From contig JAYSWN010000016.1 in the NCBI GenBank assembly GCA_043718025.1, positions 1-15,896 of the forward strand: a DNA stretch of 15,896 bases, read 5' to 3'. The position numbers and the translations under genes were made by a program. This document shows positions 1 to 7,182 of this stretch, in pieces. The notes under the pieces were generated by a model. That model did not search any database. It saw nothing but the letters and a program-made list of their open reading frames with translations, and was not told where the DNA came from. The first letter of the stretch is position 1. The number at the start of each line of letters is the position of its first letter. Source of the DNA: Pseudomonadota bacterium. GTDB taxonomy: Bacteria; Bdellovibrionota; FAC87; UBA2466.

Positions 1-115
1 CTCAGGAAATACGCCCGCGACCTTTCCGGCCGGAAAGTGGATGGGCACCTTTGCCTTTAGACAGTGCACCGTATCGATGTCCGCGCCAATGTTTCTCCCG
101 ATGAGAAAATCGCCG

Positions 116-191
116 TAGATTTGTTTGTTTGTGAATTTTTGCGAGGGCTTAGAAAGACGGCGCAGCGTGCCTCTCTCTCCGCCATTCTTTT
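116..191 (+). repeat. 76-bp direct repeat, copy 1; contains tRNA-Ser-like 3' end CCTCTCTCTCCGCCA (170-184), putative att site
   Basis: Ungapped manual alignment to 1367-1442 gives 69/76 identity. TCTCTCC-G-CCA matches the acceptor 3' strand, G discriminator and CCA of bacterial tRNA-Ser. Confidence 0.85.
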
Positions 192-355
192 CATTTCAAT
201 TACGAGTTCCGGAACAAAACCGAAAGCAGTCGAAAAGTACCGAAACTGAAGAGGGACCCAGAAGAATTCATTCGAAAACAGCTAGAGTGTGATGCGGCTT
301 CGCCAGGATAACGGCCGAAGTTGCGTTCCCACGGCACACTGAGACGTCATCAAAC

Positions 356-721
356 TCAGGCCACCAGCTTAAATTCGATTTTTCCATAGTCGACCACCGG
401 CGTCTTAACGGTACGTCCGTTGATGACCGCCGATTTCAGTCGAATCGCACCCATTTCCTCGAGGAAAAGGATAATCTTATTCAGATTGGAAACATCCATA
501 TCCGTTCGTTTCGCGAGCTCGTATACCGACCTGGGCTTATGCTCTCTAATCGCGGACAAGATTGGGATGCTTTTGACGAACCGCTCAAAGTCCTTACGGC
601 TACCAAAAGAGATCTCGTAGTGAGGTTCCTTGAACTCTCTCCGTTTGACCTTCTTCAGTGCCTTTTTGAAGTCCTCTAGGACCTGCGACGAACTCTTTAT
701 TGAAACGATTAACTGCTTCAT
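356..721 (-). CDS. HTH antitoxin / transcriptional regulator (HVO_A0114/MarR-like wHTH, TumA-like), 121 aa
   Basis: KPRSVYELAKRTDMDVSNL...LEEMGAI helix-turn-helix and C-terminal KTPVVDYGKIEF typical of partners of DUF6516. ATGA overlap (718-721) with the upstream toxin. Confidence 0.8.
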   Translation of the reverse strand: MKQLIVSIKSSSQVLEDFKKALKKVKRREFKEPHYEISFGSRKDFERFVKSIPILSAIREHKPRSVYELAKRTDMDVSNLNKIILFLEEMGAIRLKSAVINGRTVKTPVVDYGKIEFKLVA

Positions 722-1008
722 ACGTTCACTCCCAAATGAATGAGAACCAATTCCTTAAAATCATCGACCAGCGGCTCCAGACCGCGAAAGTGGTACTCAC
801 TCTCCTGGTCATCGACATGTACGTGATGTCCTTTCGGATGATGGTTATCCATCAGCACGAATCGCCCCGTAAGTAGGCTCTTACATATCATGCGATACCT
901 TACCCCGTCGGGGTACTCAGCCGTAACCGCGACCTCGTGGGCCTTAAGTTCCAGTATGACGCCCTCGGGCCGGCGATCCTTATGCCAAAACATCAAGGTC
1001 GCCTTCAT
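718..1008 (-). CDS. DUF6516 (TumE-like) toxin, 96 aa
   Basis: Motifs YPDGVRYRM, MDNHHPKGHHVH and YHFRGLEPLVDDF match the DUF6516 pattern. Coupled to the HTH gene in toxin-first order. Confidence 0.8.
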   Translation of the reverse strand: MKATLMFWHKDRRPEGVILELKAHEVAVTAEYPDGVRYRMICKSLLTGRFVLMDNHHPKGHHVHVDDQESEYHFRGLEPLVDDFKELVLIHLGVNV

Positions 1009-1202
1009 ATTGGTCTAACCTTACCAATATTAGGCCGTTTCTGACAAGTCCGAGCCTTGGGCTGACTTAGACACCGATTAAACGCCGCCAGACTAGACGC
1101 AGGACCGCACCCAATGTCCTCCAACGCTTGCTTGGGATTGTGGATGACCTCCGCCATACAAAGCACGGCCATGAGGCCGCCAATCCATTCAAAGAGTTTC
1201 AC
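1005..1202 (-). CDS. Small hypothetical protein (65 aa, MKLFEWIGGLMAVLCMAEV...), hydrophobic N-terminus, 4 Cys
   Basis: GTG at 1202 is preceded by a GAAAGGA Shine-Dalgarno. The stop overlaps the toxin ATG (ATGA 1005-1008). No family recognised; may be a remnant. Confidence 0.45.
   Translation of the reverse strand: MKLFEWIGGLMAVLCMAEVIHNPKQALEDIGCGPASSLAAFNRCLSQPKARTCQKRPNIGKVRPI
1007..1047 (-). promoter_or_regulatory. Sigma70-type promoter (-35 TTGTCA 1047-1042; TGn -10 TAAGGT 1023-1018) overlapped by operator palindrome ATATTGGT-N8-ACCAATAT (1007-1030)
   Basis: Perfect 8-bp inverted repeat covering the -10 box and the toxin start codon; 18-bp spacer between boxes. TA operons are typically autorepressed this way. 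Confidence 0.6.
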
Positions 1203-1366
1203 GTGAGTTTCCTTTCGCCCGAAAGGGGCAAAGGTCATGAAAAGTTGGTAGGGCGGCAAGAAGACGTGGGGAGCGTGCGGCCCGCAGCTTTCCCGATCGG
1301 GACACGTCGCGGTGCTCAGCTCATTTCGATGCAGTTTCGTTCAGTCACGGGTCTTGAGTAACTCGT

Positions 1367-1442
1367 TAGATTTGTTCGTTTGTGAATTTTCACGACGGCT
1401 TAGAAAGATGGCGCAGCGCGCCTCTCTCTCAGCCATTCTTTT
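1367..1442 (+). repeat. 76-bp direct repeat, copy 2; tRNA-Ser-like 3' end CCTCTCTCTCAGCCA (1421-1435), putative att site
   Basis: 69/76 identical to 116-191. Flanked by inverted ACTCGTTA (1361-1368) / TAACGAGT (1457-1464). Confidence 0.85.
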
Positions 1443-1520
1443 TAATTTAAAAATAATAACGAGTGGGGAGCTAGGACTATTCAAGTTTAGGTGCCGAATA
1501 CTCGAGTGGTTGTGTCGATC

Positions 1521-2369
1521 TCATGTCTTGAGACGTTCTACGGAATCGAGAAAGAATTTCTCATTCCACAGTTCGAGTGTCTTTAAGTCTACGGGCCGTA
1601 GAAACCGCTGCACATCGGCTTTAGCTTTTTGCCAATCGATCTCTTTAATCCGGCTCGTTAGCTCCCCCTTGTACCAATCCATGTTGGCTTTGATCGCCTC
1701 GCCTTTCCACCGGCCGAACTGATCCAGAGCATTTGAAAGAAAGTTGAAGTTAGGAGTTACCTTCTTACTCACGTACCATAGAAAATCGAACCAATCGCGT
1801 CCCTTGACGTATTCACGACAAAGCAGGGCATGACTTTTTCCCGCGAAGAGGCTCGGAAGGTCATGCGCGGTGACCGAAAAGTTGATTGGGAAATCTAGAA
1901 ATTTAGTGTCTGTCTCGGCCCCCGCCGGAGGGTTTGTATCTACCTCCAATTTAATTTTCAGAGATCGCTTGGGACCATCAGCCTTCGGATAATTGACGTT
2001 TAGGAGACGTCCTAGTGAGTCATCCTTTAGAAAAGTATTTTGGACCGCATTTGCGGAGGACCGTGCTTCCACCTTAAGGTCATACCCGAAAGCTTTTAGC
2101 TCAGCGTTTAGGGAACCCAGATAGGAATTCAAGTCGAACTTTCTATCTACTTCAAGCAACGCAAAATCTAAGTCTTCAGAAAAACGCATTAAGCCGTGGA
2201 GGATTCGAAGCGCAGTGCCGCCTTGGAAGGCGGCCTTCTTGAAGAACCCTGCATTATACAGAGAGTTTAAGACGAGTTCTTGTGTAATTTCCTTGAGCGC
2301 GTAGTCCTCTTCTTGAGTGGATTGGCAATGGTAACTGTTTAACTTCTCCTGAATGATCTTCACGCTCAT
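1521..2369 (-). CDS. abiEii: AbiEii/AbiGii-family nucleotidyltransferase toxin (type IV TA), 282 aa
   Basis: FQGGTALR...RFSEDLDF NTase signature, IKLEVD, and KSHALLCR...KGRDWFD C-terminal motifs. Confidence 0.92.
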   Translation of the reverse strand: MSVKIIQEKLNSYHCQSTQEEDYALKEITQELVLNSLYNAGFFKKAAFQGGTALRILHGLMRFSEDLDFALLEVDRKFDLNSYLGSLNAELKAFGYDLKVEARSSANAVQNTFLKDDSLGRLLNVNYPKADGPKRSLKIKLEVDTNPPAGAETDTKFLDFPINFSVTAHDLPSLFAGKSHALLCREYVKGRDWFDFLWYVSKKVTPNFNFLSNALDQFGRWKGEAIKANMDWYKGELTSRIKEIDWQKAKADVQRFLRPVDLKTLELWNEKFFLDSVERLKT

Positions 2370-2995
2370 AGTTCAATTCCCTTTCTCAGAGCCCGTAAGA
2401 ATGTCTTTAGGCGCGTGCTTCGGTAGGTGTCTGCAATATCACTAAGGAGCTTGAAGGATAGTTGGCTCCAATAAGGTTCCTCGATTCTTAGTGATTCCAT
2501 CAATGCTTTTGGAGAGAGATCCATCTTGTGTGCAACAATATAATCCGCGAGCGCCTTTGTCGGGCTCGCGATTAAATACACGGTCTTTCCTTGTCGGTTA
2601 CGTTCCACACCAATGAAATTGAACTTGGGAATTCGCGTGTAACTGAAAATACCAACTGGTGTATCGAACGAGGCAGAACGCTTCAAACTCGCGCTTGTAA
2701 GCGTGTAAACCCCCTCCGGGATCCATCCATGGTGTGAGAGTGCGGATTCCAGGCTGACATAGGATGGGGCGTAGATTTTTTGGGCTAGTTCAAACCGATT
2801 TAGTGGCTCTCGCTGAAATCGCTTCCCGAGACTATAGACCCCTCTACGAAGCTGGATAAGGTCGCCATCTGCAATCGCTCTTTTCACGAGGCCATAGCGC
2901 CTGTTGGCCGTCCCCTCCAATAGGCTCACAACCTCAGTGTCCGTAAATACGTCTGTTGGAAGTGTTTCTCTAAGCTTTAGGGCTAATGTACTCAT
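2366..2995 (-). CDS. abiEi: AbiEi-family antitoxin / transcriptional regulator, 209 aa (start reassigned to ATG 2995)
   Basis: wHTH LIQLRRGVY, YVSLESALSHHGWIPE and ASPTKALAD motifs. ATGA overlap with abiEii. Confidence 0.88.
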   Translation of the reverse strand: MSTLALKLRETLPTDVFTDTEVVSLLEGTANRRYGLVKRAIADGDLIQLRRGVYSLGKRFQREPLNRFELAQKIYAPSYVSLESALSHHGWIPEGVYTLTSASLKRSASFDTPVGIFSYTRIPKFNFIGVERNRQGKTVYLIASPTKALADYIVAHKMDLSPKALMESLRIEEPYWSQLSFKLLSDIADTYRSTRLKTFLRALRKGIEL

Positions 2996-3011
2996 AAGTA
3001 TTTTTCTGCAT

Positions 3012-3100
3012 AATACTGTCAAATTATGACAGTATTTAGCTTAATAATCTACTTTATCTGAGAAAAATGCATGAAACTGTCATTTTACGACAGTTTCATG
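3012..3100. promoter_or_regulatory. Two AbiEi operator-like inverted repeats: AATACTGTCA-N5-TGACAGTATT (3012-3036) and CATGAAACTGTC-N7-GACAGTTTCATG (3070-3100)
   Basis: Both share ACTGTC-N7-GACAGT in the AT-rich region upstream of abiEi. AbiEi of S. agalactiae is known to autorepress via two inverted repeats. Confidence 0.8.
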
Positions 3101-3354
3101 TAAAAATACCTATTGTTTAATCATAGGCTATCTAACTATCTGTTTTTAATATTGAATTTGTAATCTGAGCGGAGGGTGTGCCTCCCGAAAATATCGATCT
3201 GACTGATTCGGCAGTCAGCTCCAAGCAACTGCGAGCGGGGGCAATCCGGTCAAATCGAAAACACAGTATGTCTGAATTATCGCCAATTCCTTTTTGTCGG
3301 TCCGGGGCCAAATCCCTTTTTGCGTCGCCTCTAACTGGAAACCAAGCTTTTCAG

Positions 3355-3374
3355 GAATCCGCACACTCGCACCA
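3355..3374 (+). other. tRNA-Leu-like 3' fragment GAATCCGCACACTCGCACCA, putative att remnant
   Basis: Parses as T-loop end GAAT, 5-nt T-stem CCGCA, 7-nt acceptor CACTCGC, A73 and CCA. No 5' half of a tRNA upstream. Followed by TTCTTT like the two Ser-like fragments. Confidence 0.55.
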
Positions 3375-3599
3375 TTCTTTGCGGGTCATTTTTTTCGATT
3401 CGTATGTTTCGAATCTTTAGCGTACCCACTCCCTCGATCCGTAGGCGAACCCCACTGGCACTGAAAAACACATTGCCTAATGTCTCATAAATAAGACGTT
3501 ACGAGCGTGTGGTACGAGTTGCTCCTCAGTGGCAAAAAGAGATCGGTGAGTTTCCTTATATGGACCCGCGGCGAGGTTGCCGACGCTGCGGAACCGAAG

Positions 3600-3725
3600 A
3601 TCCTAACTACAACAGACAATAAGGACTTTGAGACCTGCTTAATCTTGTCCCCCAAAAGGTGGACGTAGGTCATTGTGGTCGATAGGTCCTCATGCCACAA
3701 GATCTCACTCGCTGTCTTCACTGCC
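3600..3725 (-). pseudogene. C-terminal remnant of a tyrosine recombinase/integrase
   Basis: VKTASEILWHEDLSTTMTYVHLLGD matches box II (LLGH-x-D-x-x-TT-x-x-Y-x-H) including the catalytic Tyr, with G->W. The R and HxxR motifs are missing. End coordinates approximate. Confidence 0.75.
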
Positions 3726-4550
3726 TCTCTTCGCGAAAGACGGGATTGGGTGAACGTTTTATCGAGTGTGCAAGTGGTCGCTGAATTTGAGATCGATGGG
3801 CAGAAAATTACTGGTGTTCCCGTTGTGCAAAACGATTTTAATTTCGGTATCCGCACGTCGCAAATTCAAACATTTTCACTGCACCGGCTTAAAGCGGTAA
3901 CACCGCTTGGGCTCGAGGCGTCCGTCGACCGCAAACGCGACCCTAAACTTCTTGAAAGTGGCCGCCGGAAAAATTGGGATCATAGTTTTGTTAGCCAGAA
4001 AGAGTTTGTTGAAGGTACCCTGGGACTTCCTATCGAGGTCGAGATGAACGATGGAAGACGTTTTTTTGGGTTTGCCGGAAACGTTGATGAGCAGACTTGG
4101 ATGTTTCCTTTGACTCACCGTGGGGGCCTCGAACGAATTCGTTTGGCGGATATGAAATCAATTGGTTTGCAATCATCGGGACCAACTCGGATTGATCAAC
4201 TGGAATCTCTGCAGATTGTCCGTCCTCTAGTTCTCGACAGTGACTCAAAGGACGTTCGGCTAGAGAAACTGGCGGAAAGCCACGCGGAAGCCCGTCGAAT
4301 TCTTGACGCTATCGACCGCAATATTGAACAAGCGAATTGGTTTAGAAACTCAACAGTTATTGGTCAACTACGCCAAATGAACATTCGCGGCAAACAGATC
4401 ATTGCTGGCGTGAAGGTATACGGGAACGGCAATGTCCAAACGTTCATCGATGGTGTTTGGAACCAGGACCCCAAACTGGTCGAGACGATTAATAGCGCAA
4501 TGGATAAAGATTATCCTTACCGGTGCTGGCTTATGAAAGATGAACCTTAA
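3675..4550 (+). CDS. Hypothetical protein (~280-290 aa), start uncertain, probably 5'-truncated at the integrase remnant
   Basis: Long ORF with protein-like composition. The first ~17 codons are antisense to the integrase remnant and there is no clear RBS. Confidence 0.6.
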   Translation: MVDRSSCHKISLAVFTASLRERRDWVNVLSSVQVVAEFEIDGQKITGVPVVQNDFNFGIRTSQIQTFSLHRLKAVTPLGLEASVDRKRDPKLLESGRRKNWDHSFVSQKEFVEGTLGLPIEVEMNDGRRFFGFAGNVDEQTWMFPLTHRGGLERIRLADMKSIGLQSSGPTRIDQLESLQIVRPLVLDSDSKDVRLEKLAESHAEARRILDAIDRNIEQANWFRNSTVIGQLRQMNIRGKQIIAGVKVYGNGNVQTFIDGVWNQDPKLVETINSAMDKDYPYRCWLMKDEP

Positions 4551-4799
4551 GTTTCAACGCCCCCCAGTAACTTGCCAAAGCAGAAAGCTAAAGGAGTCTC
4601 ACCGTGTTGTGTTGAGATGTGGTGCGATAAGCAGGGGGAAGATCGGCTTGTTATTCATTGGTCGCTGACCAATTCCTGACCACGTCTCCCCAGAAAACCC
4701 CGTAATAGACGGTAGTTGAAAGGTGACAAAAATTGCAGTCTTACGGTGCAAACGCATTTCGTTTATATTGCGCTCCCAAGCCATTTTAAGGAGTTTTGC

Positions 4800-5294
4800 A
4801 TGAACTTTCTCTCGAAGTCGCGTTTTGCCCTAGTTTTGATTTTAGGCTTATTCCTCAGCGGATCCGGCTTCGCTGACGACAAAAAAGCCGAAACATTTTT
4901 CATGGCCTACGCGCCGAAGACAAATGGAGCAAAACTTTACTATCGAGGGTTGAAGACCAGCGTGAAGAAGGGGGACGCTGAGTACCGCGCGATTTTGGGC
5001 AAGCTGCACCTCGCGGCTGAACAAGCGGTTAAAGACGCTGAGGAGGCGGACAAGGCCGAAATCCAAAAAGACGCCAACGTAGCGATTGAAATTTGGTCGT
5101 TCAAGTACGGACGGGACACGGATACGAAAGCTGCAGCCGCCGCGAACATCATTCGAATCCTAAAAGGGTTCAAAGGCGAAAAAGACGAGGCAAAACCTGT
5201 GATCGCCATTCGCGGGTTCCGAGCTGCGATGAACGACCAGCCCAAAGATTTGCCCGTCGGTTTGGCTGACATGTTCACCGGTAAATCAGAATAA
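4800..5294 (+). CDS. Secreted hypothetical protein, 164 aa
   Basis: AAGGAG RBS before ATG 4800; signal peptide MNFLSKSRFALVLILGLFLSGSGFA. Confidence 0.75.
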   Translation: MNFLSKSRFALVLILGLFLSGSGFADDKKAETFFMAYAPKTNGAKLYYRGLKTSVKKGDAEYRAILGKLHLAAEQAVKDAEEADKAEIQKDANVAIEIWSFKYGRDTDTKAAAAANIIRILKGFKGEKDEAKPVIAIRGFRAAMNDQPKDLPVGLADMFTGKSE

Positions 5295-5377
5295 GGTTTT
5301 ACCGTTAATTATTTCAGTCTGGCGTATTAGCAATGTCTCGCGCCCCCAAACCCATCAAACGACATGACCTTGTTTTC

Positions 5378-5434
5378 AAGAAACGTATCCTTTACGAATT
5401 AAGGCGACATTTTCCCTTAGTAGGTAACGGATAC
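5378..5434. repeat. 57-bp hairpin repeat, copy 1 (possible bidirectional terminator or REP-like element)
   Basis: 56/57 identical to 15788-15844. Outer arms GTATCC(T)TTAC / GTAACGGATAC, inner TAAGG/CCTTA; followed by T6. Lies between convergent genes. Confidence 0.85.
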
Positions 5435-5441
5435 TTTTTTG

Positions 5442-6710
5442 CTACTGTCCCAAAAGCGAAAGTAGCTTTACCTTCGCCTTTTGATAGTCGCGCCTGCGTT
5501 CGAGATAGGTTTTTTGAAAAAGAAAGACCCGATCGTTGATTCCCAAAATGTCCGACGTTGTCCGCACGCCGCGATCGTACTCACTCATTCCCTGGGTCAG
5601 AAGCTTTTTTCCCTTTTCGATGGCTTCCTCGGCGCCGTGGATGAGCTCATGAATGTGCTTCAGCTCCTCTTGCGCCAAGCGAATGTCCGTTGAAAGCGTG
5701 CGCTTTTTATACTCCGCCAACGTTTGGCTCGCTTGGGCGGATCGGTGACCGCTTTCCGCTTCACGAATTTGCTGCGCCCCTTCAAAGACGTGCATCCTTA
5801 AGCGAAAGCCTACGGACCAATCGAAGCGGTCCTGAAGAAGCGGATAGAAGCGCTCGCGCAAAGTATAAAGCTGGTAGGTGCCATAAACATCAACCGCCGG
5901 GTGCCACCATCTGCCTTGCTGGCTCGCCTGCGCATCCGCGCTTTCGGCTTGGGCGAAGAGCGCCCTAGCTTCTGGATGAGAACCTGTTTCGGAAACCGCG
6001 GTAAGTAAGGCGTCATCGTGGTCGTGGGGAACCGCTGACGGCGTCTCGACCTTTTCGTTCTCCGGCCAGTTGAGCTTGGGGCGGAAGGCGATTTCGATGA
6101 GTTGGATCTCGTGCTGGCTACTCTCGATCTGTTCCTTAACCTGATGACCGGTCAGATCGAACGCAAGCACGTCGGTGTTGGCGATGAGACCTCTCGACTT
6201 TCGTCGGAAAGCCGATTTGGAGCCCTCGCCATTTCTGCGCTCCATCTCCTTTAACGCAGTAAGTAGCTCTCGTTCATAAACCAGATCCCAATACAGAAAT
6301 CTGACGGACGCTAATTCCAAACGAACGTTCTTTTCTTTTTCGGCCTCGGCCTGCGTGAGCTGGGCTGAACGGTGACGTTCCTCAAGAACGTCTTGTCCGC
6401 CCCGGTACACGTTCACAAAAAGTTCAAGCCCTCCGTATGGCTGGGTGTCGTTCGGGTAAGGACCGGTCTTGAAATGCTCGACGCCTCCAATAACGTCGAG
6501 GTGCGGAAGCAATGAGCGAGTAAAGTGTCCCGTTCGAAGCCGACTTGCTTCCACTGAATGCGTCGCTGCCTCGACTGCACCATTCTTCTTTTTGATAAGC
6601 TCCGGCAACTCTTCGTAACGGACGGCCGCCGCTCCGGCCGAATCCGGCAAACAAAGCGCGACGGAAAGAAACCCTTTCACGACGTACAAAAAACTAACTT
6701 TTCTTTTCAT
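5442..6710 (-). CDS. TolC/CzcC-family outer-membrane efflux protein, 422 aa (start reassigned to ATG 6710)
   Basis: GAAGGA RBS and signal peptide. Two OEP-like repeats (LLPHLDV..., WWHPAVDV...), C-terminal YDRGVRT...KLLSLLGQ. Last gene of the RND operon. Confidence 0.85.
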   Translation of the reverse strand: MKRKVSFLYVVKGFLSVALCLPDSAGAAAVRYEELPELIKKKNGAVEAATHSVEASRLRTGHFTRSLLPHLDVIGGVEHFKTGPYPNDTQPYGGLELFVNVYRGGQDVLEERHRSAQLTQAEAEKEKNVRLELASVRFLYWDLVYERELLTALKEMERRNGEGSKSAFRRKSRGLIANTDVLAFDLTGHQVKEQIESSQHEIQLIEIAFRPKLNWPENEKVETPSAVPHDHDDALLTAVSETGSHPEARALFAQAESADAQASQQGRWWHPAVDVYGTYQLYTLRERFYPLLQDRFDWSVGFRLRMHVFEGAQQIREAESGHRSAQASQTLAEYKKRTLSTDIRLAQEELKHIHELIHGAEEAIEKGKKLLTQGMSEYDRGVRTTSDILGINDRVFLFQKTYLERRRDYQKAKVKLLSLLGQ

Positions 6711-6738
6711 GGTATTTCCTTCCGTCGCCCCAATTTCT

Positions 6739-7182
6739 TTAATCGAGATTATCGAAGGCAACCAAAAGTTTCTGGCCCTTCTCGATGAGGACGACATCGA
6801 TATTAAACGGTTTCTTCGCCGGCTTGGGCGCTTTGCCTACAAAGGCGTCGCCCACTAGCTTGAGGTCAAAAGGCTGTTTCTTCGCCTTTTTGCCTTCGGT
6901 TTCGACCACCGCTTTTGCTGCCTTATCGAAAGTTTCGAGTTTCAAGGCATTCATCTGTTGATCGTAGAGGTAAACGCGGACACTGCCGTCCTCGTTTCGG
7001 ACGAGCTCACCCTTGTACAGCATCGTAGCCTTGGGACCGAGCTTCGCGTCCTTGGCCGCGACGACGGGCGAGATGACTCCGCCTTGCTTGGGCTGGTCCG
7101 TGAGCTTCGGTCCGTGACCTTCGTCGTGGGCCAAAAGCAAAGTGCCCCAAAGGACCAGTGCCATACTTAATTTTCGTTTCAT
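6739..7182 (-). CDS. Small periplasmic protein with N-terminal HDEGHG motif, putative metal-binding protein, 147 aa
   Basis: Signal peptide then AHDEGHGPK...KQGG. GAAGGAG RBS fits ATG 7182, which overlaps the RND stop (ATGA). Confidence 0.75.
   Translation of the reverse strand: MKRKLSMALVLWGTLLLAHDEGHGPKLTDQPKQGGVISPVVAAKDAKLGPKATMLYKGELVRNEDGSVRVYLYDQQMNALKLETFDKAAKAVVETEGKKAKKQPFDLKLVGDAFVGKAPKPAKKPFNIDVVLIEKGQKLLVAFDNLD

Noticed and set aside
64..249. ORFs 64-249 and 1312-1722 share the peptide DLFVCEF..LRK.AQRASLSAILF
   Set aside because: The shared peptide is just the translation of the 76-bp DNA repeat. There is no RBS, and the second ORF is antisense to abiEii.
116..1442. CRISPR array or integron attC interpretation of either repeat family
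   Set aside because: Only two copies each, kb-scale spacing, no cas or intI gene, and no RYYYAAC...GTTRRRY ends.
3133..3186. Possible degenerate third copy of the 76-bp repeat (TAACT...TGAATTT...GTGCCTC)
   Set aside because: Only short words match, the spacing differs by 10 bp and there is no CCA core.
3280..3374. Intact tRNA genes at the three CCA-ending fragments
   Set aside because: No complementary 5' acceptor strand at tRNA distance, no GGTTCRA T-loop, and no D or anticodon arms.
3485..3856. 123-aa minus-strand ORF as a functional gene
   Set aside because: Only ~40 central codons are integrase-like. The N-terminal part is antisense to the 3675-4550 gene.
4720..4738. Sigma54 promoter GGTGACAAAAATTGCA upstream of 4800
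   Set aside because: GG-to-TTGC spacing is 9 rather than the required 8.
5333..5539. ORFs 5333-5539 and 15641-15874 share KKRI.YELRRHFPLVGNGY
   Set aside because: This is the translation of the 57-bp repeat, and both ORFs overlap real genes.
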